A DNA stretch of 64,000 nt from Candidatus Poribacteria bacterium (GCA_965215265.1 OZ244048.1:4416001-4480000); one strand, 5' to 3'; shown: positions 19,025 through 28,642, counted from the first letter of the stretch. A program made the numbers and translations. Notes: generated by a model from the sequence alone, not told the origin.

Positions 19025-20485
19025 TTAATCGTGTTCACCTAGTTCTGTATGGATGCGTTGAAAATGTGCGAGTGCGGTTTGTAAGTTCTCTGCGATTTCT
19101 GCGACTAAAGCCTGTGGGGGTGGGAGTTCTGTGATTTGTTCAACAGAATCGTCTTTGAGCCAAAAGATGTCAAGATTGACTTTATCGCGTTGGATGAGTT
19201 CGTCATAGGTGAATGCGCGGAAACGTTCGGTTTCAACGCGTGCGAGTCGGTTTTCCGGATGATAAGCGTCAATGAATTCGTCAAGATCAGCATCTTGCAT
19301 CGGTTTTGTCTTCAAGGTAAACCGTTTGTTGGTACGTAAGTCATAAATCCAGAGTTTGTCAGTCCAGGGTTCCTGTTGTGCGGGGCGTTTATCGAAAAAG
19401 AGGGCGTTCGCCTTGACGCCTTGTGCATAGAAGATACCGGTTGGTAACCTGAGGAGGGTGTGAACATCAAATTGGGCAAGTAGCTGCCGTCGAATTGTCT
19501 CGCCTGCCCCTGCTTCAAAGAGAACGTTGTCAGGGAAAACGACGGCGGCTCTGCCGTTCTGCTTCAAGACGGTTTTGATATGTTGAAGGAAGTTCAATTG
19601 CTTGTTTGATGTGGTTACCCAGAAGTCGTCGCGTTCATAACGGAGTGACGTTTCGCTTCGTTTGCTTGTGCCATTGCCAATTGTGATATTGCTTTTATTG
19701 CCGAAAGGGGGATTCGTTAAGATAACGTCGTAACGCATCCCGGGGTCTTTGGTGAGACTGTCGCCAGTCTCAATTGGACTTTCATTGCCGCCAATTCCAT
19801 GGAGGTATAAATTCATGACACAGAGTCGGACGTTATTGTCGACAATATCTGCGCCGCTGAAGGTATGAAACCTGAGGAATTCCTTTTCGTCACGTGTTAA
19901 CGAATAATTGTTAGCGATGTAGTCATGCGCAGCGAGAAAGAAGCCGCCGGTGCCGCACGCTGGGTCACAGATGGTTTGCCGCGGTTCGGGGTTCATGACG
20001 CGAACCATGGCTTTAATGAGTGCCCGAGGTGTAAAGTATTGCCCGGCACCGCTTTTGGTATCCTCAGCGTTTTTCTGTAGGAGCCCTTCGTAGATAGCGC
20101 CTTTTACATCCGTGGTCATGCCGCTCCAGGTTTCGGTATTGATGAGGTGTATGAGGCGTTGGAGGTTCGCGGGTTTTTGAATACGGTTTTGGGATTTTCG
20201 GAAAATGAGCCCGAGTAAGCCTGCTTTCGTGCTGAGTTCCTGAAGGATTTTCAGGTACTGTGCCTCAAGTGCCGGCCCGGTCTCGCTAAGAAGGCTTTCC
20301 CAATTTAGGCCGGTGGGGATGGTTGAGGGTTTATTGAAGGGCGGCTTGGTCTGTTCGTCGGCGAGTTTGAGGAAAAGGAGGTACGTGAGTTGTTCAACGT
20401 AATCGCCGTAGCTGACACCGTCGTCTCGGAGTACGTTACAGAAGTTCCAGAATTTCTGGACGAGTATTGTGGAGTGGTTTGGCAT
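19025..20485 (-). CDS. hsdM: Type I R-M methyltransferase subunit
   Basis: GQYFTPR, DPACGTGGF, NPPF, LRLPTGIFYAQGVK. Confidence 0.95.
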   Translation of the reverse strand: MPNHSTILVQKFWNFCNVLRDDGVSYGDYVEQLTYLLFLKLADEQTKPPFNKPSTIPTGLNWESLLSETGPALEAQYLKILQELSTKAGLLGLIFRKSQNRIQKPANLQRLIHLINTETWSGMTTDVKGAIYEGLLQKNAEDTKSGAGQYFTPRALIKAMVRVMNPEPRQTICDPACGTGGFFLAAHDYIANNYSLTRDEKEFLRFHTFSGADIVDNNVRLCVMNLYLHGIGGNESPIETGDSLTKDPGMRYDVILTNPPFGNKSNITIGNGTSKRSETSLRYERDDFWVTTSNKQLNFLQHIKTVLKQNGRAAVVFPDNVLFEAGAGETIRRQLLAQFDVHTLLRLPTGIFYAQGVKANALFFDKRPAQQEPWTDKLWIYDLRTNKRFTLKTKPMQDADLDEFIDAYHPENRLARVETERFRAFTYDELIQRDKVNLDIFWLKDDSVEQITELPPPQALVAEIAENLQTALAHFQRIHTELGEHD

Positions 20486-20520
20486 AAGATGTCCTCTATG
20501 AGTTCGGTTTGGGAGCGGAG

Positions 20521-20902
20521 TTATTCTGTCGGTATGACGACGAGTTCATTGGCATCAGCCAATTCCTGTAGAATTTCATTCCGGTCTTCGAGGAACTTGC
20601 GAAAAAAGTGATTGAAGAATCATAACCTAAGTCATCTCCGACGAGATTTACACGCGAGTTGTCAATACCTAAGCGTTGATGGTACGGAGATATACGAAAA
20701 TTTGTCAACGGGAATCGGTTTAAGATTCGCAGGTAGCGGATGTTGTTCGGTTTCTGGAATGACTTCAAGATTATTTTCATATATCCCACACTTCACTTTC
20801 AGTAAGTGAGGAGGTGCGATAGACAGAAATCTCATTAGGATGCTTTTTCGGTGGAATGAATGCTCCATATTTGACTCTGTTTTTCTGAGGAGAAAAGTTA
20901 CT
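20521..20902 (-). pseudogene. Fragmented small gene interrupted by the dispersed element
   Basis: Pieces in different frames: NFSPQKNRVKYGAFIPPKKHPNEISVYRTSSLTESEVWDI / YENNLEVIPETEQHPLPANLKPIPVDK / RKFLEDRNEILQELADANELVVIPTE*. Confidence 0.55.
20612..20702 (+). repeat. Dispersed ~90-bp element, copy C
   Basis: 86/91 identical to copy A. Confidence 0.9.
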
Positions 20903-20940
20903 TTAACATAAACTGATGATAGAATGCGTGCATTGCTAGT

Positions 20941-21336
20941 TTATTCCTGATAGATGAGGCGCAACATGAGCAAAAAATCGCGGAGTGGTGCGAGGCTTGA
21001 TAGTTTTGACAAGGAACAGGTCTCTTTAATTTTTCTATCCGCTCCTAGAGCCGCGTTATAGGTGACTTTATTGTCTCCGTATATGCTTATGATGCCGATT
21101 CCTTTTCCTTTCTCAGTGCACCATTCAAACCCGATTCCTCCGTCTTCGAGCCACATGATGTGCGGCATTGGGCTGAAAGCCTGCAGCATATTTAATAAAA
21201 AACGTGCTTGGGTGTAAGCCGATTCCGGAACAAATTCAGTCTCGCTATCCAATTTACAGGCTTCCTCAACCTCTTGGCGTATCTCTTCTAGTTGTTCTTC
21301 CACTTCTCGGGTTGTAAATTTTGCGAATGTCATCAT
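20941..21336 (-). CDS. Hypothetical protein (PxIxxxEDGGIGFEW motif)
   Basis: 131 aa ORF overlapping the upstream stop (ATGA coupling). Confidence 0.7.
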   Translation of the reverse strand: MMTFAKFTTREVEEQLEEIRQEVEEACKLDSETEFVPESAYTQARFLLNMLQAFSPMPHIMWLEDGGIGFEWCTEKGKGIGIISIYGDNKVTYNAALGADRKIKETCSLSKLSSLAPLRDFLLMLRLIYQE

Positions 21337-21860
21337 TGGTTATTTTTTTTACTTTTTTTCCAGATATGCACGTCATGGTGCGGGATATCAAATGGGAATT
21401 CGCCGTACTCCAGCAGCGGTGTACCGTCGGTATCTGTTTTGAAAACAAGGTGGAGTCGATGCGGCTTGACGCTGGTATCGACGCGTTCAAGGAACAGGAG
21501 TTGTGTGCCGTCGTGGGTTATGATGTTCACTTTCGTCCATGGTACGCCGTCTGCGCCGGTATATGTGCCTTCTGAGCGTGTGGTTTGATGCGGCGGGTCT
21601 GGCGGCAAGACGAAAAGAGCTCCTGCCTTAAATATAGAATTCGGATGGCTAACTTCCACGATTTGCCAAGTTCCCAGGACCGGTACCTCAACGCCGTTCT
21701 GATCGACAACCCAAGCGGTACTGTCTTCAATTTTTCCGGAGGGTTCAGTTGATGTCGGAGGTTGTAGGGCTCTCTGTGCTCGTTCGCAGGACAGAAACCC
21801 GGTGGAAAGAACGGTAATTGTAAATAGACAGATTAGTTTTTTTACTTTTCTGATATTCAC
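21333..21860 (-). CDS. Putative lipoprotein
   Basis: Basic N-terminus, hydrophobic stretch, FLSC lipobox-like site, GAAAGG RBS. Confidence 0.7.
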   Translation of the reverse strand: MNIRKVKKLICLFTITVLSTGFLSCERAQRALQPPTSTEPSGKIEDSTAWVVDQNGVEVPVLGTWQIVEVSHPNSIFKAGALFVLPPDPPHQTTRSEGTYTGADGVPWTKVNIITHDGTQLLFLERVDTSVKPHRLHLVFKTDTDGTPLLEYGEFPFDIPHHDVHIWKKSKKNNQ

Positions 21861-21986
21861 GGTGTCGCCTTTCTAGGTTTTGAATGTACGTTAATTCGTT
21901 TTATTTTTGCGGGCCTGTCCGAACTATCTATAAGTTCTCTACTATTATAATGTATTTGCTAAGATTTGTCAAGATGGATTTCGCTC

Positions 21987-22060
21987 CTCATTTCCGCCCG
22001 ATTTTTAGCATGGTTGAGAATATAGTTGTTATGGGTTGCGGTTTGTGTGAGGCAGTCAAA
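21987..22060. repeat. 74-bp direct repeat, copy 1
   Basis: Matches 28547-28619 with 1 indel and 2 substitutions. Confidence 0.9.
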
Positions 22061-22165
22061 TGCAATTTTTTCAATTCTATGGCTTTGTCAAAATCCGCTG
22101 TTGACCGAAGGCGGACTTCGCCTTGCCGCGATTGTAAATGGGAAAAAATAGTGTGTTTTTGCCCG

Positions 22166-22331
22166 ATGCCATTCACGAAAAGTTTCACGAGAGATTTTGG
22201 CGAAAGTAGACTACCAGTGCGTTCAGAAGATCCAGAATCGGTTTTTTCGTGAAACTGGCTTCTGTGGTAACTTCCGATGTTTGGCTTCAAAGTATGCCAT
22301 TCACGAAAAGTTTTACGAGAGATTTTCGCGA
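22166..22331. repeat. 38-bp direct repeat pair (22166-22203, 22294-22331)
   Basis: ATGCCATTCACGAAAAGTTT(C/T)ACGAGAGATTTT(G/C)GCGA, 36/38 identical. Confidence 0.85.
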
Positions 22332-22459
22332 GAAGCGACTTTCACACATCGTGAGCTAGCTGCCGCAGCCGCTCTGAATTTCCACCCAAAGTGCTGAAAA
22401 GGGGCTGCTGATTATGTATAGAGAAAAGAAAGCCCTCTTGCGCTTGAATAGCGAAAACC

Positions 22460-24951
22460 TTACTTGCGTATGAACATCTTGCGTGTAGCGGTGAAGTCCC
22501 CTGCGGTGAGCGTGTAGAAGTAGACACCGCTCGCTACCGGCTCACCGACGGCGTTTCTGCCATCCCAATACGCTGCGCGTGCACGAGCTCGGTAAAACCC
22601 CGCCTGCTGATGCCCGAGCGCCAGTGTTCGGACGAGCGTGCCGTGGGCGGAATAGATATGCACTGTCACGTCTGCCGGTTTTTCCAACTGATACGGCATC
22701 CACGTCTCGGGGTTGAACGGGTTGGGGAAGTTTGGCAAAAGGGCGTTCTCTTGCGGTGTGAGTGCGGCGAGGAGCTGCTCGAGGACCGCAAGCCCGCGCT
22801 GGACACCCGCGTCTGTGAGATTCAGCTGCCGTGCTTCAGTGAGCCAGTGCTGCACTTCTGCGCGCATCAGCGCCTGGCCCTGCTGTCCTGCTGCCGGGGC
22901 TGCCGGTGCTTTCCCGAATGCCGCCGCTACGAGCGTGAGATCCAGGATATTGACGAGTTCATCGGCGTTGACATCTGCACGGTTCTCGCCTGTCTCCCCG
23001 AACGCTGCGGCGACTAAAACGAGGTCTTGAATGTTCACAACCCATCGCCGTTGATGTCCTCCGCTGCAGCAGGGGCAGTAGGAGGACGGAGGTCCCAGAG
23101 CAGCACGGTGCCGTCACCACTCCCACTTGCGAGTGCACTGCCGTCTGGGCTGAACACTACGCTCCAGACAATATCCGTATGTCCAGTGAGAGTTTTAAGG
23201 GGTTCGCCTGTGGTGGCATCCCAGAGCCGAACGGTCTTGTCCCCACTCGCGCTGGCGAGATACCGGCCATCTCTGCTGAACGCTACGCTACTGACAGTCC
23301 CGGTATGCCCAGTGAGTGTTTTGACGGTTTTGCCTGTCTCCACATCCCAGAGCCGAACGGTCTTGTCCCCACTCGCGCTGGCGAGATACCGGCCATCTCC
23401 GCTGAACACTACGCTACTGACAGCCCACTTATGCCCAGTGAGTGTTTTGACGGTTTTGCCTGTCTCCACATCCCAGAGCCGAATGGTGTTGTCCCAACTC
23501 CCACTTGCGAGCGTGCGGCCATCTCCGCTGAACGCTACGCTCAAGACAGCATCCGTATGCCCGTTGAAAGTGCGTATTGTTTCGCCCGTGGTAAAATCCC
23601 ATACACGAACCGTGAGGTCCCCGCTCCCGCTAGCGAGAGACGTGCCATCTGGGCTAAACGACAAGCTACTGACAGGAGCTGCATGCCTAGTGAAAGCACG
23701 GATGTGTTCGCCTGTCTCTATATTCCACAGCCTAAAAGTCCAGTCCCCACTCGCGCTGGCGAGGTGTTCGCCAGCGAGGCTAAATGCTACGCTCAAGACA
23801 TCACGCGTATGTCTAGTGAAAGTGCGTATTGTTTCACCTGTGTTGACATCCCACAGCCGAACGGTTGCGTCCCAACGTCCTCCGCCGGTGGCGATGTGTG
23901 CGCCATCTGGACTAAACGACATGCTCCTGACAGTATGCGTATGCCCGTTGAAAGTGTGAAGGGTGTCACCTGTCTCTATATTCCAGAGCCGAACGGTCGC
24001 GTCATAACTCCCGGTAGCGATGTGTGCGCCATCGGGGCTAAACGCGACGCTCATGACGGGAGCCGTATGCCCGCTGAAAGTGTGGATTGTTTCGCCTGTA
24101 TTGACATCCCACAGTTGAACGGTCGCGTCATAACTCCCGGTGGCGATGTGTGCGCCATCGGGGCTAAACACCACGCTCATGACAATATCCGTATGCCCGT
24201 TGAAAGTGTGGATTGTTTCGCCTGTGTTGACATCCCACAGCCGAACGGTCGTGTCATAACTCCCGGTGGCGATGTGTGCGCCATCGGGGCTAAACGCGAC
24301 GCTCCTGACTAAATACTTATGTCCTTTGAAAGTATGAAGGGTGTCGCCTGTCTCTATATCCCAGAGCCGAGCACTTTTGTCCATACTTCCACTAGCAAGG
24401 TGTGTGCCATCTGGGCTAAACACCACACTCGTGACACCTGCCGTATGTCCTTTGAAAGTGCGTATTGTTTCGCCTGTGTTGACATCCCACAGCCGAATGC
24501 TTTTATCCTGACTCGCGCTAGCGAGGTGCCTGCCATCAGGGCTAAATACCACGCCCTCGACAGTCTGCGTATGCCCGTTGAAAGTGCGTATTGTTTCGCC
24601 TGTGTTGACATCCCACAGCCGAACGGTCTTGTCCCCACTCGCGCTGGCGAGAGACGTGCCATCTGGGCTAAATGCGATGCTCCAGACAACATCCGTATGG
24701 CCAATGAGCAGCTCGAGCGGTTCTTCGGTTTCCGCATTATAGAGCCAAATACCAATCCCGCCTGCTACTGCAAGACGCGACGCATCCGGCGAATACTGCA
24801 CATTTCTTATAAAGCCTTTACCGAGGCGTGCAATCGCCCCCTCCGGTAAACCCCACTGCGTCTCCGCAGGATACTGACCCGACGCAACCGGTAGGAAGGA
24901 ACTTGACACGATAAGACTTAGAAAACAGAATAACGTTAGGCGCTTTTTCAT
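22460..24951 (-). CDS. Secreted WD40-repeat protein with dockerin and FlgD/T9SS-like C-terminal domain; frameshifted at ~23040
   Basis: 13 clear GH...WD repeats. ORF 23035-24993 ends EDINGDGL* and ORF 22460-23038 continues VNIQDLVLV, so one dockerin motif is split by a 1-nt loss. Confidence 0.85.
23090..24720 (-). repeat. ~126-bp coding tandem repeats (WD40 units)
   Basis: High DNA identity between adjacent units; boundaries approximate. Confidence 0.85.
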
Positions 24952-25148
24952 TTGACTCTCTCCAGTCATTTTGTTTTGCCTGCATGGGTGCAAGCGGCTC
25001 TTTTTTTCGAGTTTTCCACTTGGTTCTTAAAGAAGTATACCACAGATTGTAAAAAAAGTCGATTAAGAAGCGGATGTCCTCGTTGTGCATATTATCTCCT
25101 AAAACGCGGCAGTTATCAAGTGCTTTTTTTTCAAAACTTATACTTTTT

Positions 25149-25177
25149 ATAATAACACATCCGTGAATCATTGTCAA
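25149..25177 (-). promoter_or_regulatory. Sigma70 promoter for the WD40 gene
   Basis: TTGACA-17 nt-TATTAT with TG extension. Confidence 0.7.
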
Positions 25178-25210
25178 GCAGAGAGAAATCGGTATCGCCT
25201 CGAAGAGAAA

Positions 25211-25256
25211 GAGGTGTGATAGCATTCGGCACACGGCCTACTCACTATCACACCTC
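25211..25256. repeat. Inverted repeat/hairpin between the FGE and WD40 genes
   Basis: GAGGTGTGATAG-22 nt-CTATCACACCTC, 12-bp perfect stem. Confidence 0.7.
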
Positions 25257-25381
25257 GGGGGTTATCTTTGGCCCATCTCGTTAAAAATTCACCCAATTTC
25301 TAACGCTTTTTTGAACTACCTGTTAAAAAAGTGTATCGATACAATCTGTATGCAGCTCGGACGGGGTAAAGGGGTAAAGAT

Positions 25382-28120
25382 TTAAGGCGTAACAGCCCTC
25401 GCACAACGGAACCCGAAGATGCCGTCCGTGAACGGTGGGGTACTCCTGCTGCGAGCGGCGACACGCACGTAGATAGGAGTAAGGAACCAACTCCCGCCAC
25501 GCAACACGCGAGATGAGGTAACATTTGTGTAGTTATCTATAATCTCATCCAGATTCGCGAGCGTACTGTCAGACACACCACTCAGCGGATTACGAGACGG
25601 AGACGCAGAATAGAAATCCACATTATACGCATCAAGACACCACTCCCACACGTTGCCTGCCATGTCATATAGCCCATACCCGTTCGCCGCATAACTCCCC
25701 ACAGCCGTTGTACCGCCTACATTACTAACGTAGTTCGCATCGTCCGGCGTTATCGTGTCCCCCCATGGGTATTTCTTACCAACTAACCCACCGCGTGCCG
25801 CATACTCCCACTCCGCCTCCGTTGGAAGACGCTTCCCTGCCCACGCAGCATAAGCCATCGCCGCATACCACGACACATTCATCACAGGATGGTCCCCCTT
25901 ACCCACTGGATAGTTATTACCTTCCCAACGGCTTAGGTAAAAACCATCATGGAGGGCATCCGGAATCCGCGTCTTCTGCCACTGCGGGTTCGCCAGCACA
26001 AAACTTTGATACTCGGCGTTCGTCACTTCGTGCGTATCCATATAGAACGCGTCCACATACACTGTATGCACAGGCTGCTCTTCACCATGGGCCTCGGCAT
26101 CGTTGCTGCCCATCTGGAACTCGCCCGCGGGAATGAGTGCCATCCCTCCCGGTGCCGGCGGCACGGAAGGAGTCACAGCCCTCGCACACCGGAACCCGTA
26201 GCTGCCATTGGTGTCCGTAGGGGTATCTCCGCGGCGATTAGCGGCACGCAGGAAGAGTGAATCAAAAGACCAGCTACCGCCGCGCAACACGCGATGAGAC
26301 TCAATATTGGTATAGTCCGCTACAATCTCAGCCAGATTCGCGAGCATACTGCCAGACACACCACTCAGCGGATTACTAGACGGAGACGCAGAATAGAAAT
26401 CCACATTATACGCATCAAGACACCACTCGTAAACGTTGCCGGCCATGTCGAACAGCCCATACCCGTTCGCAGCATAACTCCCCACAGGACGGGTGTTCCC
26501 TACATTCCTACCGTAGTTCGCACGCACAGAGGATATCGTCTTTCCCCACGGATACTTTAACCCTAGCCAACCGCCGCGCGCCGCTTTCTCCCACTCCGCC
26601 TCCGTTGGAAGACGCTTCCCTGCCCACGCCGCATAAGCCATCGCCGCATACCACGACACATTCACCACAGGATGGTCCCCCTTACGCTTAGGATACTTAT
26701 TACCGTCCCAATCGCTTAGGTAATTACCATCATGGAGGGCATCCGGAATCTGCGTCTTCCGCCACTGCGGGTTCGCCAGCACAAAACTTCTATACTCGGC
26801 GTTCGTCACTTCGTGCGTATCCATGTAGAACGCGTCCACATGCACCCTCCGCACAGGCTGCTCGTCAACATCGGCCTCGGCATCGTTGCTGCCCATCTGG
26901 AAGGTGCCACCGGGGATGAGTGCCATCCCTGCAGGTGCCTGCGGTGCGGGTGGCTCCGGCTCCAGTGCGGGTGGCTCCGGCGGTGTGGGTGGTTCCGGCG
27001 GTGTGGGGAGCTCCGGCGGCGGTTCTGCACTCACACAACGAAACCCGGCGAAGCTTTCCGTGAACGTCGGCTCCCTCTTGAACCTATCGGCGACGCGCTG
27101 GTAACGCACACCAGCACGCCAATTACCACCCCGCAACACCCGCAGTGACTTCACATTTACGCCTGTGTAGTCCGATACAATCTCAGCCAGATTCGCGAGC
27201 ATACTACCAGACACACCACGCAGCGGATTACTAGACGGAGACGCAGCATAAAATGTCTTATCCCACTCATCAAGGCACCACTCGTGAACGTTCCCGGCCA
27301 TGTCGAACAGCCCATACCCGTTCGCCGCATAACTCCCCACAGCCGTTGTATCGTCTACATTCCTATCGTAGTTCGCATCGTTCGCCGTTATCGTGTCTCC
27401 CCACGGATACTTCAGACCTGCCTCCCCACCCCGTGCCGCTTTCTCCCATTCTGCCTCCGTTGGAAGACGCTTACCTGCCCACGCAGAATATGCCATCGCC
27501 GCATACCACGACACATACGTCACGGGATGGTCCCCCTTACCCCCTGGATAGTTATTACCTTCCCAACGGTTTAGATACTTACCGCTGTGGAAGGCATCCG
27601 AAATACGCCCCTTCTGCCACTCGGGATTCGCAAGCAGAAAACTTTTATACTCAGCGTTCGTCACTTCGTGCGTATCCATATAGAACGCGTCCACATGCAC
27701 CAGATGCACAGGCTGCTCGGGATTCCGCGCATCAGCAGCATCGCTGCCCATCTGGAACTCGCCAGCGGGGATGAGCACCATCCCTGCAGGCACAGACGCA
27801 GGCGCCGCAGGCGCAGACGCCGCACCGTTAAACCCCTCTGCTACTAACGCCACGTCCCCTATATCCACTACACTATTCCCGTTCAAATCTGCCGAACTGT
27901 TACCGCGGGTTCCCAGGCGCGCCGCTACCAGGGCCAAATCCACTATATCCACACGGCCATCACCATTCACATCCGCATCACCTTTGACAGCCGAAAGCAC
28001 ACCGACATCCGCAGCCACGCTTACCCCTTGCGCACACACATCGCTCAAAACGCCCAAACTCAAAACCGTGAGAACACACGCCAACATCGACAACATCATT
28101 GACACACTTTTAGCAAACAT
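25382..28120 (-). CDS. Secreted dockerin + 3x FGE-sulfatase (SUMF1/C-type-lectin fold) domain protein
   Basis: GGAGGT RBS, signal peptide, DVNGDGRVDIVDL dockerin, three F(Q)MGS...RLPTEAEWE...DMAGNV.EW...RGG.W...GFRC domains with Pro-rich linkers. Confidence 0.92.
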   Translation of the reverse strand: MFAKSVSMMLSMLACVLTVLSLGVLSDVCAQGVSVAADVGVLSAVKGDADVNGDGRVDIVDLALVAARLGTRGNSSADLNGNSVVDIGDVALVAEGFNGAASAPAAPASVPAGMVLIPAGEFQMGSDAADARNPEQPVHLVHVDAFYMDTHEVTNAEYKSFLLANPEWQKGRISDAFHSGKYLNRWEGNNYPGGKGDHPVTYVSWYAAMAYSAWAGKRLPTEAEWEKAARGGEAGLKYPWGDTITANDANYDRNVDDTTAVGSYAANGYGLFDMAGNVHEWCLDEWDKTFYAASPSSNPLRGVSGSMLANLAEIVSDYTGVNVKSLRVLRGGNWRAGVRYQRVADRFKREPTFTESFAGFRCVSAEPPPELPTPPEPPTPPEPPALEPEPPAPQAPAGMALIPGGTFQMGSNDAEADVDEQPVRRVHVDAFYMDTHEVTNAEYRSFVLANPQWRKTQIPDALHDGNYLSDWDGNKYPKRKGDHPVVNVSWYAAMAYAAWAGKRLPTEAEWEKAARGGWLGLKYPWGKTISSVRANYGRNVGNTRPVGSYAANGYGLFDMAGNVYEWCLDAYNVDFYSASPSSNPLSGVSGSMLANLAEIVADYTNIESHRVLRGGSWSFDSLFLRAANRRGDTPTDTNGSYGFRCARAVTPSVPPAPGGMALIPAGEFQMGSNDAEAHGEEQPVHTVYVDAFYMDTHEVTNAEYQSFVLANPQWQKTRIPDALHDGFYLSRWEGNNYPVGKGDHPVMNVSWYAAMAYAAWAGKRLPTEAEWEYAARGGLVGKKYPWGDTITPDDANYVSNVGGTTAVGSYAANGYGLYDMAGNVWEWCLDAYNVDFYSASPSRNPLSGVSDSTLANLDEIIDNYTNVTSSRVLRGGSWFLTPIYVRVAARSRSTPPFTDGIFGFRCARAVTP

Positions 28121-28271
28121 CAAACACCTCCAAATCATTGAATCGTTTTTATTGCACATTACAGTCCTCCAAATGCCGCGAAACACTCGCGGCTAAAAAT
28201 ACGAGGGGTTGGAGGCGGGACCGCCGCGTCAAACGCAGACGGCACACACACCCTTACACATCTGTCTCCCT

Positions 28272-28448
28272 TTACTTCCTAATCAACATCTTCTGCGTCG
28301 CGGAGAAGTCGCCGGCGCGCAGCGTATAGAAATAGATACCACTCGCAACACGCTCACTATGCTCGTTACGCCCATCCCAATACCCCGCACGAGATTTACT
28401 CGCGTAAACGCCCGCCGCTTGAGGCCCTAACGCTAACGTCCTAACCAA
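28272..28448 (-). pseudogene. Orphan remnant of a FlgD/T9SS-like C-terminal domain
   Basis: Translates LVRTLALGPQAAGVYASKSRAGYWDGRNEHSERVASGIYFYTLRAGDFSATQKMLIRK*, paralogous to the end of the 22460 gene; no proper 5' part. Confidence 0.8.
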
Positions 28449-28504
28449 TAAGCTGCGTATGCTCCGGGTGGGAAAGTTCCCAAAAAAACTACTACTTTTT
28501 ATTT

Positions 28505-28533
28505 ATGATAACACATCCGGGAATCATTTTCAA
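28505..28533 (-). promoter_or_regulatory. Sigma70 promoter, paralogous to 25149-25177
   Basis: TTGAAA-17 nt-TATCAT; spacer nearly identical to the 25149 promoter. Confidence 0.6.
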
Positions 28534-28546
28534 GCAAAGATAAATT

Positions 28547-28619
28547 CTCATTTCCGCCCATTTTTAGAATGGTTGAGAATATAGTTGTTATGGGTTGCGG
28601 TTTGTGTGAGGCGGTCAAA
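28547..28619. repeat. 74-bp direct repeat, copy 2
   Basis: Matches 21987-22060. Confidence 0.9.
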
Positions 28620-28642
28620 AGAGTTGTAGGGATGTATCGCCT

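Noticed and set aside
23027-24849. Long + strand ORFs opposite the WD40 gene
   Set aside because: Antisense shadows of repetitive coding sequence
25300-28500. Complete DGR cassette in the window
   Set aside because: No reverse transcriptase, avd gene or AAC-rich template repeat found; only a candidate target
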